Shown here piece after piece: positions 11,631-24,411 of a DNA stretch of 64,000 nt. Every line of letters starts with the position of its first letter. Positions within the stretch are counted from its first letter, which is position 1. The DNA comes from Octopus sinensis (Eukaryota): positions 116,870,001 to 116,934,000 of the forward strand of contig NC_043002.1 of assembly GCF_006345805.1 (NCBI RefSeq). The letters run 5' to 3'. The notes beneath the pieces are model-generated. The model was given only the letters and a program-made list of their open reading frames with translations, was not told the DNA's origin and ran no database searches. The position numbers were made by a program, and so were the translations under genes.

Positions 11631-14600
11631 AACGGAGGCGACAGTGGGCACGTTTAACAGAGGACGTTTGACCGGGGCGGTTGACGAGGTAACACTGGAA
11701 ACGTTTGACATGTTAGAGCGATAAAACACTGCTCCGAAATCTTTCCAGAAGCATCGCGAATAAGAACAACAAATGGAACCTAGAATAACTGATAAAGTGT
11801 TGGACTATATCCCAGTAAGTAATACTCAAAATTTATTTGTATTTTCCAAATAAAATTAAATATATTTTAACTGTGTACAATTTCCATCACTTACACAATA
11901 CATGTAGACACGCTAACCATCATATACAAAAATAAATGAAAAATAGATTGAATAATACCCGTATTATTCAACTCAAAGATAACAAAGTGCGTACTTTATT
12001 ACACAAGAGTACGAAAAACTACATGTGTAAAACCATTTAACACCAGAAATAAACGGACCGGTATCCTACGAAAATGATGTCCATCAAAATAAAGGGCCGG
12101 ACATTATTCCTCATGTCCCGAAAAAATAAAACCAAAAAAGATAAATGGACAAGTGAGGAATATATTTCAATCCTACGTGCCTATTTCACAGCAATGCTCT
12201 AACCACAGAACGAAAACGCAACATATACATATAAAATCTGGAAGAAGAAGAATCTAGACAAAAATTTTAATATATCAATGAACCCCAATAAACGAGCTAA
12301 CATACGGAGATCTATTCTCAAAACAAATAAAAAATGGAAATAGAGAACTTAAAAGGAAAAATACATCAGAATAATGTAGATTGGGACTGTAAAATAGGAG
12401 GACAGACGTAACACGTCTAACAAAAAGGAAGTAAGTAACGAAAGACAAAAAACCCAAACCGTAGGAATGCATAATGAACCAAAGGCATCAAACCAGAACA
12501 CCACAGATAAAAATATAAACAGGAAAGAATGTGGAACAATCTAAAACTTGGAAATGATGAAGGCGAAATTAATGATTATGATACTCTAAAAATGAGTATA
12601 ATCAGAGGATTAAAAGCCGCAGATCTCAGTACGGACTACCGGTTGTACCTCCCAAAAATTAAAGTTGATAATAAGACAATACTAGTTATAAATAACATGA
12701 ACCTGGCCGTTACAGAACTAATAGCTACAGAAACAAATATTAATATGATCAGGTTGAATTATATAATATGTGCAGAAGCCTCTACGATAACAAAAGAAGC
12801 TGGATACCACCTAAACCCATCCAAACAGAAGTATCACCACCCAAACAAGTCTTGTGGATAGATAATATCCAGAAAAAATAGAAAATAAAAGAAAGGATCT
12901 GTCAATCCTTAATGAAACTAGTTGGCAAACAACACTACTAAGCAACAAGAAAAGAAGGAAAATACTACGGAAATACAACATTACAGAACGAGGTATACCT
13001 GAGATAAAAGTACCGCTAAAGCAAGATATCCTCACCAAAGCACAAAAAATCTGTCGGTATGAGAAATGGCAACGTTTTCTTTTAACAAAACAAACAGTTC
13101 AACTCCAACCCCTAAAGTTTCTACCAAGAACTTGGCGAAAATAAAATAGTGATCAATACAGCACTAACAGCAGAAATGAAAGAATTTTAGAAAGAAATAT
13201 GGTCAGCAAAGGAACAACTTTAGAAAAAAATCTATCAAAATAAACACATCACCTGAACAACTCTGGACTCCTATAACAACGGAAGAGGCAAAAATTTAGC
13301 AGCTGGAAGGCACTCGAGCACGACAAGGTCCCAATTTCTGGTTAAAGTATCTCAGAGGTATACATAAAACGCTGGCTGAGAAATTTAATGAGATACTAGA
13401 AGAGCCAGAGACAACAGCTAAGTGGCTCGCAAAGGGAAATCTATCCTAATTCCCAAATCCACTGAAACCGTAAACCCACAAAACTACAAAGCCGCCGTTA
13501 TTGTAATAATAAAAGAATGGACAAAATCTGGAAGAAAATAACCTGTTTCCAGAAGAACAGAAGGTATGATGCATGGGCTCATACAGCTGTAAAGATCAGC
13601 TATTGGTCAATAAATCCATAACTGAAGGCAGCCAAAGGAAAAAGAAGGATATAAGCATGGCCTGGATCGATTATCAAAAGGCTTTTGATAGTATTCCTCT
13701 CACATGGATCCTAGAAACACTAGAAATGAACAAGTTAGCTCCAATAATCATAAAATATATAAAACATTCCATTAATAAAAGCAAACAGTGCTACAGCTCC
13801 AGACAAAAGAGGGGCTCATAAAAACTAAAGCCACCCATATTAAAAAAGGAATATTCCTGGGAGACACACTCTTCCCACTCATTTTCTGTTTGGCATTGAA
13901 TCCTTTATCTGACATGCTAAACAGAACTGGATGTGGATACAAATGTTTACGGCAAAACAGTCAACCATCTCTTGTATATGGATGATCTAAAACTGTATGC
14001 TGCAAATGGCAAACAGCTGGAACCATTTCTACAGACAGTGCATGGATTTACCAAAGAAACAGACATGAAATCTGGCTGAGGAAAGTGTGCCAAAGCAACA
14101 TTGAAAAGAGGAAAATTAGATAAGATTAACAATATCACACCATATAAAGTAAATGAAATAAAAGTATTAGACCAAAAACAGACATACAAATACTTCGGAA
14201 TCAGTGAACCAGATAGATACAACATACATGAATAAAAGAGAAGATACGGAAGTAATATTATAGACGAGTTAGATTAATATTGAAAACAGAGCTGAATGAG
14301 AACAAAATAATATGAACACTCTATTATAGAATAACTACCACAGGAATACAGAAATACTTAATTTAGAAGCAAGGAAAACTGGTAAAGCCACAGAACACAC
14401 GGAAATAAAAACTGTTTTTCTGTCTTTAAGGAAGCTGAAAAATACAAGAAAGAAGCCATAGTATCTGACAACTATGAAGAAAAAGAAGAAACAACAAAAT
14501 CTGCAAAACAACTGAAATCCAAACTGAAACTGGAACAACAAAGTATAATGATAAAACGATGGCAAAAAATAACCCAACATGACAAATGTTGGGTTAAGCT

Positions 14601-14960
14601 AAACAGAAAAGAAGAAATAGACAAAGTAAAATGCCAACAGTGGTGAAAAGCTCACGACTCAAAGCAGAGACTGAAGGATTTTTAATTGCAGCACAAGATC
14701 AAAACCTTCCCACCAGAAATCAACAGAAACACATAATGTAAAGAAATACAAGTAACTGCAGAATATGTGGCGATGGAGAAGAAAAAATAAATCATATAGT
14801 CTCTGGCTGCCCAATTCTCGCTAATAAGAAACATTGGAAGCTATGTCAACACCATGGAATGACAACGGAAAAATGTTGGTATAGGCACACTACAGAAAAG
14901 GTCTCAGAAAAGGACAAAGCAACCATACTCTGGGATATGCCAATACACACAGACAGAGAA
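11631..14960 (+). mobile_element. Near full-length degraded R4/Dong retrotransposon (5' UTR, RT, CCHC), 3' end lost
   Basis: Frameshifted motifs KWTSEEYISILRAYF (~12143), CKDQLLVNK..MAWIDYQKAFDS, GIFLGDTLFPLIFCLALNPL, HLLYMDDLKLY, YKYFG, LKAETEGFLIAAQDQ, CRICGDGEEKINHIVSGC, ILWDMPIHTDRE. Starts right after an (AAT)n tract. Confidence 0.88.
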
Positions 14961-14963
14961 TAC

Positions 14964-15056
14964 ACCGACCCCAGTGTTTCACTGGTACTTAATTCATGGA
15001 AACAGAAAGGATGATTCCGTCTAGCATGCTAACGATTCTGCCAGCTCGCCGCCTTA
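14964..15056 (-). mobile_element. Internally deleted SINE family B copy at the 3' break of the Dong element
   Basis: Reverse complement aaggcggcgagctggcagaatcgttagcatgc...aattaagtaccagtgaaacactggggtcg matches the head and body of the 53788 and 61349 copies. Confidence 0.75.
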
Positions 15057-15085
15057 ATAACAATAATATTAATAACAATAATATA

Positions 15086-15126
<41 letters not shown>

Positions 15127-15130
15127 CAAT

Positions 15131-15177
<47 letters not shown>

Positions 15178-15194
15178 TCATAATAATAACAATC

Positions 15195-15246
<52 letters not shown>

Positions 15247-15251
15247 CAAAC

Positions 15252-15298
<47 letters not shown>
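15056..15298. repeat. (AAT)n microsatellite
   Basis: Direct reading. Confidence 0.95.
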
Positions 15299-15299
15299 T

Positions 15300-17296
15300 A
15301 ATTCTTTTTATTGGCCACAAGGGCTGACACACATGATTAGTAAACATAAAGGGACAAAACAGAACGAAAGGTTACAGAGGGTTTTGTCCGTTTTTGAAAA
15401 AATCCGAGTAAAAACTGTTTACCAACGAAAGATTATAACAATGAAAAACTCCCAATAGGGGGAGGCGCTTCGAAAGGTTCCTGGTGGAAAAAACCCCATA
15501 AAAGCCAACGGGAGCCTGGTCAAAAGGGGGGTAGAGAGCCCCTTTCTCCTTTTATAAAACCTTTTTCAATCACAGGCGAAACCTGAGAATTGGCCCATTT
15601 ATACTGGCCATTCTCGCACAATTCACCCACCTTTCAGAAAACTTGCTATCGGACAACACTCTCCTTTCTAACCTCATCTCCCTTTTCAAGTGAAACTTGA
15701 AAAAGTTGATGAGGCCTGGACCAAAGAGGAAAGTGTCAGACTTTAGCCCTTTCAAACGGTCCACCATACAATCTCTTTCACCACAGCCACTAGGCACAGG
15801 AAAACGGCTTCGCCCTCCTTGTTAAAGGAGGTCGGCGGGGCAATCTTCACTATGGATTCGGCTGATAGCCGGATCCGTCCTATACGCGACAGTAGCTGTT
15901 CGACATAAACCCATAGTTCAGCAATACTCGGGCACTGGATGAGTGCGTGCAGAACGGTTTCGTCGTCCTGGCAACACCTCGGGCAGGCCCGGCTGACGGC
16001 ACTTCCGTGCCGGTAGAGTTTATCCCGAACAGGCAGGGCCCCTCTGAAAATTATCCATTGGCCCCGGCCCGAAAGTCCTTCCGAACAGACCGCTCAGTTC
16101 GTTATCATCAACGCCTAGAGTTTCCCCGAGAACGTCGTCGCATTTTTCCTCCACTAACCCTCTATAGAACGCTAGAGTGGAACTAAAACCGATCGCATTG
16201 CCCGCCTGGTGGAGGGCGGAGAGAGCTTGACGGCACTCGAGATGCCAAGCGCCCTTTCTCGGTCTACGTTTGATCCGGGTCTGCAGCTCCGTCAAAGAGA
16301 CGAGCTGTGGAAAGTCGCGTCTGACAAAAGACGACCACACCTGGTCACCGTCTAGGAAACGCTTGAGATGTCGTAGCCTGAGCGCATGTCTGCGCATCAG
16401 TAACCACGGCATGCCAAGGCCTCCGTTCAGCGGTCGTTGACAGCAGATGGATCGCCTGACCAGTGGCACCTGACCCTTCCACAAAAAGTCGAAGAGCAGG
16501 TGTACCAGCTTGGCCAACCAGCGGTTGGGATAAGGGACGACGGTCAAGCGGTAATAGATGACGGATCAAATTTAAGGCGGCGAGCTGGCAGAAACGTTTC
16601 AGGGACAGCTTCCTTTCGGCCCATTTCTAGGTGAGACGTGCCACCCTGCTCGTCACCTCTTCCCAGTTTTTATTCACCTGGAGGTCCAGACCGAACCAGA
16701 CCCCGAGCAGTTTAACGGGTCCGTCTGTCCAGCGCCCTACGACGCTGTTGGACGGCATGGGCTTGCCTCTCCAGGTGCCCAGTTGCAAGCCCACAGGCTT
16801 TTCCGCGTTAATCTTTGCCCCTGTCACCGCTTCGTACTCGTTTAGTGTCTCGCCAATCAGGCCAATGTGCCTGTGGCTCGACGCCATCACGGTGACGTCG
16901 TCGACATAGGCAGACACGCTGTTTCCGCCTCCTAGATCGCGCGGGATACCCCTCAAAGCCTCCAACTTGCGCAGTAATGGCTCGAGAGTCAATATGTACA
17001 AGAGGGAGGAGAGAGGGCATCCTTGGCGGACCGAACTCGAGATGTCGAACAGTTCCGAAAGGTGACCGTTCACCGAGCAGATGTTGCTGTATAACATCTG
17101 CTCGGTGATACGGGTGAACGATCACCTTTCGGAACCGTTCGACATCTCGAGTTCGGTCCGCCAAGGATGCCCTCTCTCCTCCCTCTTGTACATATTGACT
17201 CTCGAGCCATTACTGCGCAAGTTGGAGGCTTTGAGGGGTATCCCGCGCGATCTAGGAGGCGGAAACAGCATGTCTGCCTATGCCGACGACGTCACC
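15300..17296 (-). mobile_element. 5'-truncated Tx1/L1-group retrotransposon (RT C-terminal half, CCHC, 3' UTR) with fold-back duplication at its 5' end
   Basis: Minus-strand SVRQGCPLSSLLYILTLEPLL, SAYVDDVTV, GAKIN, KLLGVWF, GGLGMP, CPRCCQDDETVLHALIQC; ORF ends ~15570; 3' UTR ends ..ggccaataaaaagaa followed by (TTA)n. Locally GC-rich, with (AAT)n on both flanks. Confidence 0.9.
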
Positions 17297-17297
17297 A

Positions 17298-17328
<31 letters not shown>

Positions 17329-17879
17329 TAATAGATAAGGTTACTTGTAGCCCAATATTAGAAATTTTTCCATCAATCTAATCTGTTGTGAATAAATGAA
17401 GTAACAGATATGGAAGAGTAAATGGATGCTTAGGAAGAGAATAGATGCACATGTCTTGAACATGCGGCTTTTAAAAAAGGCATTTTAATTTTTTTTTAAA
17501 TATTGTGTAAATTTCAAAAAAATAAGAGAGAAAATGGAAATTAGCAATTATGATTGTAAACTGAATTGTTCGTCACGAAAAGTAATATGTCAATAAAAAA
17601 TTTTAGTTTTCAAATTTATCTTTTGTAACCTCAATAATTTGTTTCAATAGCTCTGTGTGCTACGCAGAAAAATTGTAAGTACGTCAGCAAATATTTTTTT
17701 ATTGCAGTAATTTGTTTACTCCATATTTAACCATACCTATTATCCAAACTACTTCACGTATTGAGATAAATAGCAGTTAGTCAACTTGGAGAAGTTTTAT
17801 AATCTTCTGTATGCTAGACATAGGTAATTAGAATATTATTCTATCACGAAAATCCACGGACTCAAAAAAATAAACACAG

Positions 17880-18500
17880 CAACTATTCGACGATAAGACT
17901 TCAAACAGAACAACATAGTGGCATATTGTGAAATTTTATCTTGTTAAGTCAAAATAATAACAATACAAACACACCAGTTAGACAGAAATGGATCAGAGCC
18001 GAATACAATGCAATTCTTTACTATCAAACGAAACCATTCAGGTAAATACACTGATTCGACTTAACAACTCTGGCGAAAAAGCAATCCTGAAATCGGCCAC
18101 AAACAAATAGTATAAAATTATCAAATGCATGAAGAGCCATTTACCAGATCAGTCGAATAACTAAACTGAACAGAAAAATATAAAAACAGAAATATTAAGG
18201 GAAAGTAATATAGTACGTCCACAATACAAATACAGACCACAGAACAGCAAAATTTTCATTCACCAGGAACAGACAACTTCAAGCTCAAAGCTGCCAAGTA
18301 ATTAAGAAAAGAGTAGAACGATTAGAGCCAACAGAAATACATGAATGCAGTGACTCAGAATACATGATAAAGGAAATTAAAGAGAAGTTTAAAGAAATAG
18401 AATTTATACAAACAATACAACATAAAACAAACAGATCTCTAATCAAACAAGTGAACTGTGCATTAGAAGTAATTACGGAGAAAATGTATGTTTCAGGCGA
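17880..18500 (+). mobile_element. Highly degraded 5' fragment of a Dong-like element
   Basis: aaatggatcagagccgaatacaatgcaattc (KW.R.EY..I) resembles the N-terminal KWTSEEYISI at 12143; A-rich coding-like strand. Confidence 0.4.
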
Positions 18501-21152
18501 TAAAACTTTAGACAGGAGACTGCTTCAGTGGGTTTGCTGACAGATAACTTGCCTTATACAGTATTTGAGAACAAAAACAAAATCTGAATTATACATCAGT
18601 TTACATGCTTAAATCATAAACGACCATCAGGTAGCGAGGCAACTATTCATATTAATAGTAATCCTTCTTCGTGTATTGTTAACAACAGGAAACAAAAAGT
18701 AAAAATATGTAGGTGCAAAAGTGAAACTGTTCGTATCCTTGCTTTTTATAGTTACGTGACTTTTCATTTATGACTTTTCATTTATTTACTTAAGTTATTA
18801 TGGCAGGGCAAACAGTGGATAATTAACATATTAAGGTAACTTTTATATGTTATAACAAGTAGTTGCTATATCGTAAGGATTAATAATCCTATTTATAAAA
18901 GGGGATTTATATGTTGAATATTTGATGCCTTAGCTAGCTCAGCGTTGTAATGCTTTTATTTTTATTTTTATTCTATCTTTACTGAACTACATTAGCTCTG
19001 GTGGAGATATTCGATAACATAAATTACACACGAGGAAAATCAATATTTGAATCTGTTCGGATTTGTTAAATTCGCATTTTCCCTTAGGGTAATATTTGAA
19101 ATACTTTCTTGCATAGCATGTGGATGTAAATGCATTTTTAACAATTCAGTTATTTCTATATTTGACTCTATATGCTTCATTGCTAGTCACGTTTATGACA
19201 AATAATTTTCAATTTAGTTTCATTCATCGAAACAGCCAGTATTGAGAATTAAAACATTTTTGCGACTATATTTTTGCTTGATGGAATTTATACGTCACAA
19301 AACAATTTTTTTCGTGCACGCATTTAGCTGCCTCCAAATGTTTCTTTCCTCGTATAAATGAGAGCGTTGTTATTTACATAAACAGAGTGGTTGTGTGTTT
19401 ATCATGAAATACCGTTTTCAGCGATTTTCCTGCAGCATTACAATTAGAACATACTATAATCTATTGTACTCACTAACATACACTTCTTGCATGCTATATA
19501 AAAGATACATTAATGGTTTGTAGTAGTACAGTTAGCAAGTACATTAAGCGAATGCATGTACATTAAGTGATTGCGTATCATATTTAAAATCAATTAATAC
19601 ATATATAAAGTATATGTTCTAAAATACACACCTTCGATAAGTTAGGTTAGAAACTTTGATACATATAGCATGATACGAAATACTCTACTGTTGTATACCA
19701 GTAATGATAGACGAAATGCAAGGCAAACTTTTTGTTTATATTTATTTCTACAATGGCTTCATTTTCATATCGATTAATGGAAATATGTCTACCAATATAT
19801 CATCTTTTTAATAATGTTCTGAAATTAAAACCAATAACACACCTAGGCCTTATGGGCTAGTAAAATGAGACATTAATTCATGAATACAACAGTAACTTTT
19901 GCGGATTGTAGAATCCTATTTAGGTAGGTAAATCTTATTTAATTGTATCCAGCTGTATGTGCAATGACACTTTTGATGAATTTATTATTTCAGTTATCGC
20001 TTATAAACTATGTATATAAAACAGTTTTCATGAAAATTAATGTGATATTTTAAAACGACTTCGCAATTGTAGCGCAAAATCAGCGATTCACTCATAACTG
20101 TCGGGTTTTGTAGCCTGCATTTCTGCTTTAAGTATTGATGTCCCTTCTTTTAATCACAATTATTCATCACTGTTACGTATTTCTCACAAAGTGCTACAAA
20201 TCGGAATAATCCACTATTCACTTTTAATGTCCAAATCTGGCATTAATTACTGGTGCCCAAAGTAATCATTTAAACGTTTATAACTCTAGTCAAACAGCTA
20301 CCATTAATTCACTGATAGATCAGCTCACAATTCGAAAATATTTACCTCAAACCTCATACCAGATTCAATATTTGAAAATTTTATCGTAGATAAAAGAAAG
20401 TATCTACATTTTTATCAAAATATGCTTTCGGTTTCTTAAAAATACGATTCAGTCATACTGAAATGGAAGGGAAAAATAATTGCAATGAATTAAAACGTCT
20501 GCTTATGAAAAGAATCTGCTTTATCAGCTTTCAAAAACCACCGGTAAATTTTAGAGAGAGGAAGCCCGTAGAGATCTGGCACTAACTGTACTTCTCTCAA
20601 ACGTCTGTTGTATTTGAGTAAAAAGTATCCTGTTTCAGAACAAATCGGTTTGAAACCGAGAGTCGGACGTATTCTTTGAAGCCATTTTCGAAGCCACTTT
20701 CATTGATTGCTTGATGTGCATTGCTATTCCCCTGCCTCAGCTGTTGCTCTCATTGTTGTTTGGTATACGTTGGGATATTTTCTGATCCTTTAATTCCTCT
20801 CGACCGTCTCAGTTGATCCATCTATAATTTTTACATAGCTTCTTTGTGAATTTTCGTAGCTTTTTATCGATCGTGATATAAGTTATGCGTTTGACATTAA
20901 GAAGGAAACGATTTAAAAATATATTGTTTGGATCTTTTAAATTCATCGTATTTATGGATTTTTCACGTATCCTCCCATCATTTCAAGTCATATCTTGACC
21001 GTTAATTTTGACCCCTACTCAGAAAGCGTTTCTGGGAAAAAGGAACCGTTTACGCACGACTTCGATGTCACATGCATTGAAAGCATACGAAATAACAAGG
21101 AAAAGAAAAAATCTCACGAAACAAAATTCCGTTGCTGGGAAACTCAGACTTT

Positions 21153-21184
21153 CCCGGTGACCCAACAGGTCACGGGTAGTCTAG
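21153..21184 (+). mobile_element. Helitron-like 3' terminus (GC-rich hairpin plus CTAG|T)
   Basis: cccg(g)tgacc-caaca-ggtcacggg hairpin, then tagt CTAG followed by T. The 5' end could not be defined. Confidence 0.5.
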
Positions 21185-21295
21185 TACCCTCCCCTGCATA
21201 ATACACCACCCCAAACCCCACTCCTCACCAAACACATCACCACACCACCTTATCACCCCACACCATATATACACATATATACACATATATATATG

Positions 21296-21832
21296 TCAGG
21301 TCACTTTCGAGTGCTACTGGTAACATGTAACCCAGTACAACCCGTTACACGGTCGGGTCGTCGGCGACTAAACCGGCAACCCCACCAAGCTTGCTTGGTG
21401 AGGAGGGTGTTTATAGGACACTCTGCGGGATGAAAAACAAAACCCGTCAAAGGGCGGAGAAACTCTTGAGAGTCAACGGCCATCCAATAAATGTCTTAAG
21501 AGTGTATCATGCGCGGGGACAGAAATAATCAGACTGAATATCCGATCGCGCGGTTCAACCATTGGGAGTGAAGGACTCCTAGCCTTTGTTAGGACATCCT
21601 CCTAGGAGAAGGTAACTCGGGTAACTGGGATAACTCCGACATAAAGTCTGCGGCTTAGTGGTTACTGATGATGTTGACTTGTTCTTCTTTTCGGATTATG
21701 ACTACTGTTGCTTAGTGAGTGTGATTGACTCAGTGCACAGCCTTTCCTCAATTTAAAAAAATCTTCTTGCACATACATTGCACGATAACAACATTCGTGT
21801 AATGGCCATACCCGATAACGAGTGGGCAGCCA

Positions 21833-21833
<1 letters not shown>
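21296..21833 (+). mobile_element. RTE-clade 5'-UTR-like non-autonomous element between TA-rich repeats
   Basis: Sharp GC-richer block with the caccaagc-tt-gcttggtg hairpin and ctaggagaaggtaactc, which resembles the ctaggagaaggaaaactc motif I recall from RTE 5' UTRs. No ORF. Confidence 0.5.
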
Positions 21834-21870
<37 letters not shown>

Positions 21871-21918
21871 TATATATGTGTGTGTGTATGTATGTATGTA
21901 TGTATGTATGTATGTATG

Positions 21919-22015
<97 letters not shown>

Positions 22016-22026
22016 TATATATATAT

Positions 22027-22059
<33 letters not shown>

Positions 22060-22099
22060 GTATGTATGCGTCTATCTTCTGAGTATATGCCTATATATA

Positions 22100-22292
22100 T
22101 ATCTGTGTTTTTTTTCTCTGTGTATCTTTCTGTTGAAGAGCGTAGACTCGAAACGTTAAAGACTTGTTTCATTTATATTTCCTGAGCGCCATACTAATAC
22201 AATTGTTTGTTTGTATTCCACCTGCCTTCGTCTTTTGTTTATTTCCGTAAACCTGCCTTCGTCTTTTGTCTATTTTCATAAAGCTTACCGTT
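22100..22292 (+). repeat. Short Penelope-like terminal repeat with a vestigial hammerhead motif
   Basis: tcttt ctg TTGAAGA G cgtagact C GAAAC GTT aaaga (22125-22162); internal duplication of cctgccttcgtcttttgt; flanked by TA tracts. Confidence 0.45.
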
Positions 22293-22453
22293 ATATATAT
22301 ATATATATATATATACACATCCATGTGTATCTCTCTTTATATATGTATAGAGGCTTTTTTGTATGTGAAGCTTAATCGTGTTTGTCTACATTACTATCTC
22401 TCTCTCTCTCTCGCTCTCTCTTTGTGTATATATATATATATACATATAAGATG

Positions 22454-23202
22454 TAGCTTCAAGCAATCTACAGTAAATATAATAAAAAAAACAACTTTCA
22501 GAGACAATAGTGGTTTATTGAGACAGAAGGTTGTGGATTTTTTTCGTATCAAAGTACGATAAATGAAAAAAAAGTTCTTTTTATGTTTCAGTGTAGGCGA
22601 CCAGGTTTGTCGGGTATGCGAATAACAATACAAGAGTTAAGGAATGGAGTATATAAGATTCGGGCTACGTATGTTTCATTGCGAGCCGATCATCGGAAGC
22701 GGTAAATATCCAAGCGAGATGTACACCGCGAGCAAGTAGTCCGCTTTGTTGGTACGTGGGATATAAATATAAGTGATATATAGATATAAGATCCAAAGAT
22801 CGAGGTTCACTAAATTAAGAACAAAATCGTATTTCGATGCGAAAAATTCCACAACCTTCCGTCTCAATAAACCCCTATTGTTTTTGAAAGTTGTTCTTTT
22901 TTTAAATATTTACTAAGGATTGCATGAAGCTAACTTTCTCGCTAGACTTCCATTCTTGGATCTTATATCTATATATCACTTGCTCCTAGTGAACCTAGTG
23001 AACGTTAACTGTGTCGAAGACGCAAAAATCGAACAAATGAAATTAAACTTTTCGCTTATGGATATCCCATTTACCAACAAAATGGAGTATTTGCTCGCGG
23101 TATCCACTCCGCTTGGATAGTTACCACTTCCGATGTTCCGCTCACTACGAAATATATATATATATATAGCCTAGATCTTATCTGCTCCACTCCTTAACTC
23201 TT
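22454..23202. repeat. Interleaved inverted-repeat element (A B C D A' C' D' B')
   Basis: A 22454-22560 / A' 22826-22932; B 22632-22764 / B' 23062-23202; C 22771-22796 / C' 22956-22981; D 22803-22812 / D' 22987-22996. All pairs read directly from the sequence. Confidence 0.85.
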
Positions 23203-24055
23203 CTATATACATGCATATATACATACATACATACATGCATACATACACACACACACACGCACACACACACACATATATAATAGCTGCTTATGTGAAATAT
23301 ATTGTTAGTTTCATTCTAAATACAGATACGAAAAGAGAATATTTGATCGTGCTCTAAATTCTATAACCAAATGATATTGTATCTATTCCCATTTGTGATT
23401 ATTCTAATGCCAATGGAATATATTTAGTCTTTATTACTTTTACGAATCCGATGGAAATTTCAATTTGTTAGATTCAGTACATCGTTCCATTCCTTTAATT
23501 ATGCATGACTGCAGAGATGGTGCAGCATCGTACATTCTCTAATTCCTTGACCAAATTCACACTCCTAATTGAGGAACATTCCATCTCTAATATCTCTAAA
23601 GACAATAACCCGCAAGCGTGTTGTGTCCTCCCCATCCTTCTCTCCTTCTTTCTTACTCCCCCTTTGCCTGGTCTTCATTATATGCGTTCGCCTGACATTG
23701 TTGCCCACCTAAACCAAAATTACTGAATGCTGCTACATTCCTTTTCCACCTCTGTTAATTCATCTTAAGTCCGACATAAATATGTAATTGAACACAGCAG
23801 ATCTATTTGCTTTCGTTTGAAATTGTAACTGCGTTAGTTCAGTTACTCTGAAGCGTAGAATTTCCAGGTTTGAAGTATTTCTTAAATATTACTTCTTTAT
23901 TCTACAGTGTTACCTTTACAGGTATATATTTAAAGTATCTTAGTGACTTGACTTACTTTTCTAAAACCATATCCTATTTTATGAGTCTTGCAAAAGGTAA
24001 AACAATACCTAACAGAGACCAAACACCATTGAGTGCCAATTGTATTTGAAATAAA

Positions 24056-24108
<53 letters not shown>

Positions 24109-24411
24109 CACAATAAGGGTGAAAAAAATTGAATATTAATTAATAACATCAATTCAAAACGCCAAGTGGCCTAGCGTAAAAAAAGACTGGGATACAGTAA
24201 AAATTATTAATACAAGTAATACTTGTATATATTGTAATATTTCTTGTATATATATATTATACAGGTATACATAAATATATTTGTGATTGTCTGCTATTTT
24301 TGTCTTGATATTTATATTTATATTATTCAGGTAATTTGTCACAATGTATAGGCCATAATTCATGCATGCATACATACATACACACACACATATATAAACA
24401 TACATACATAT

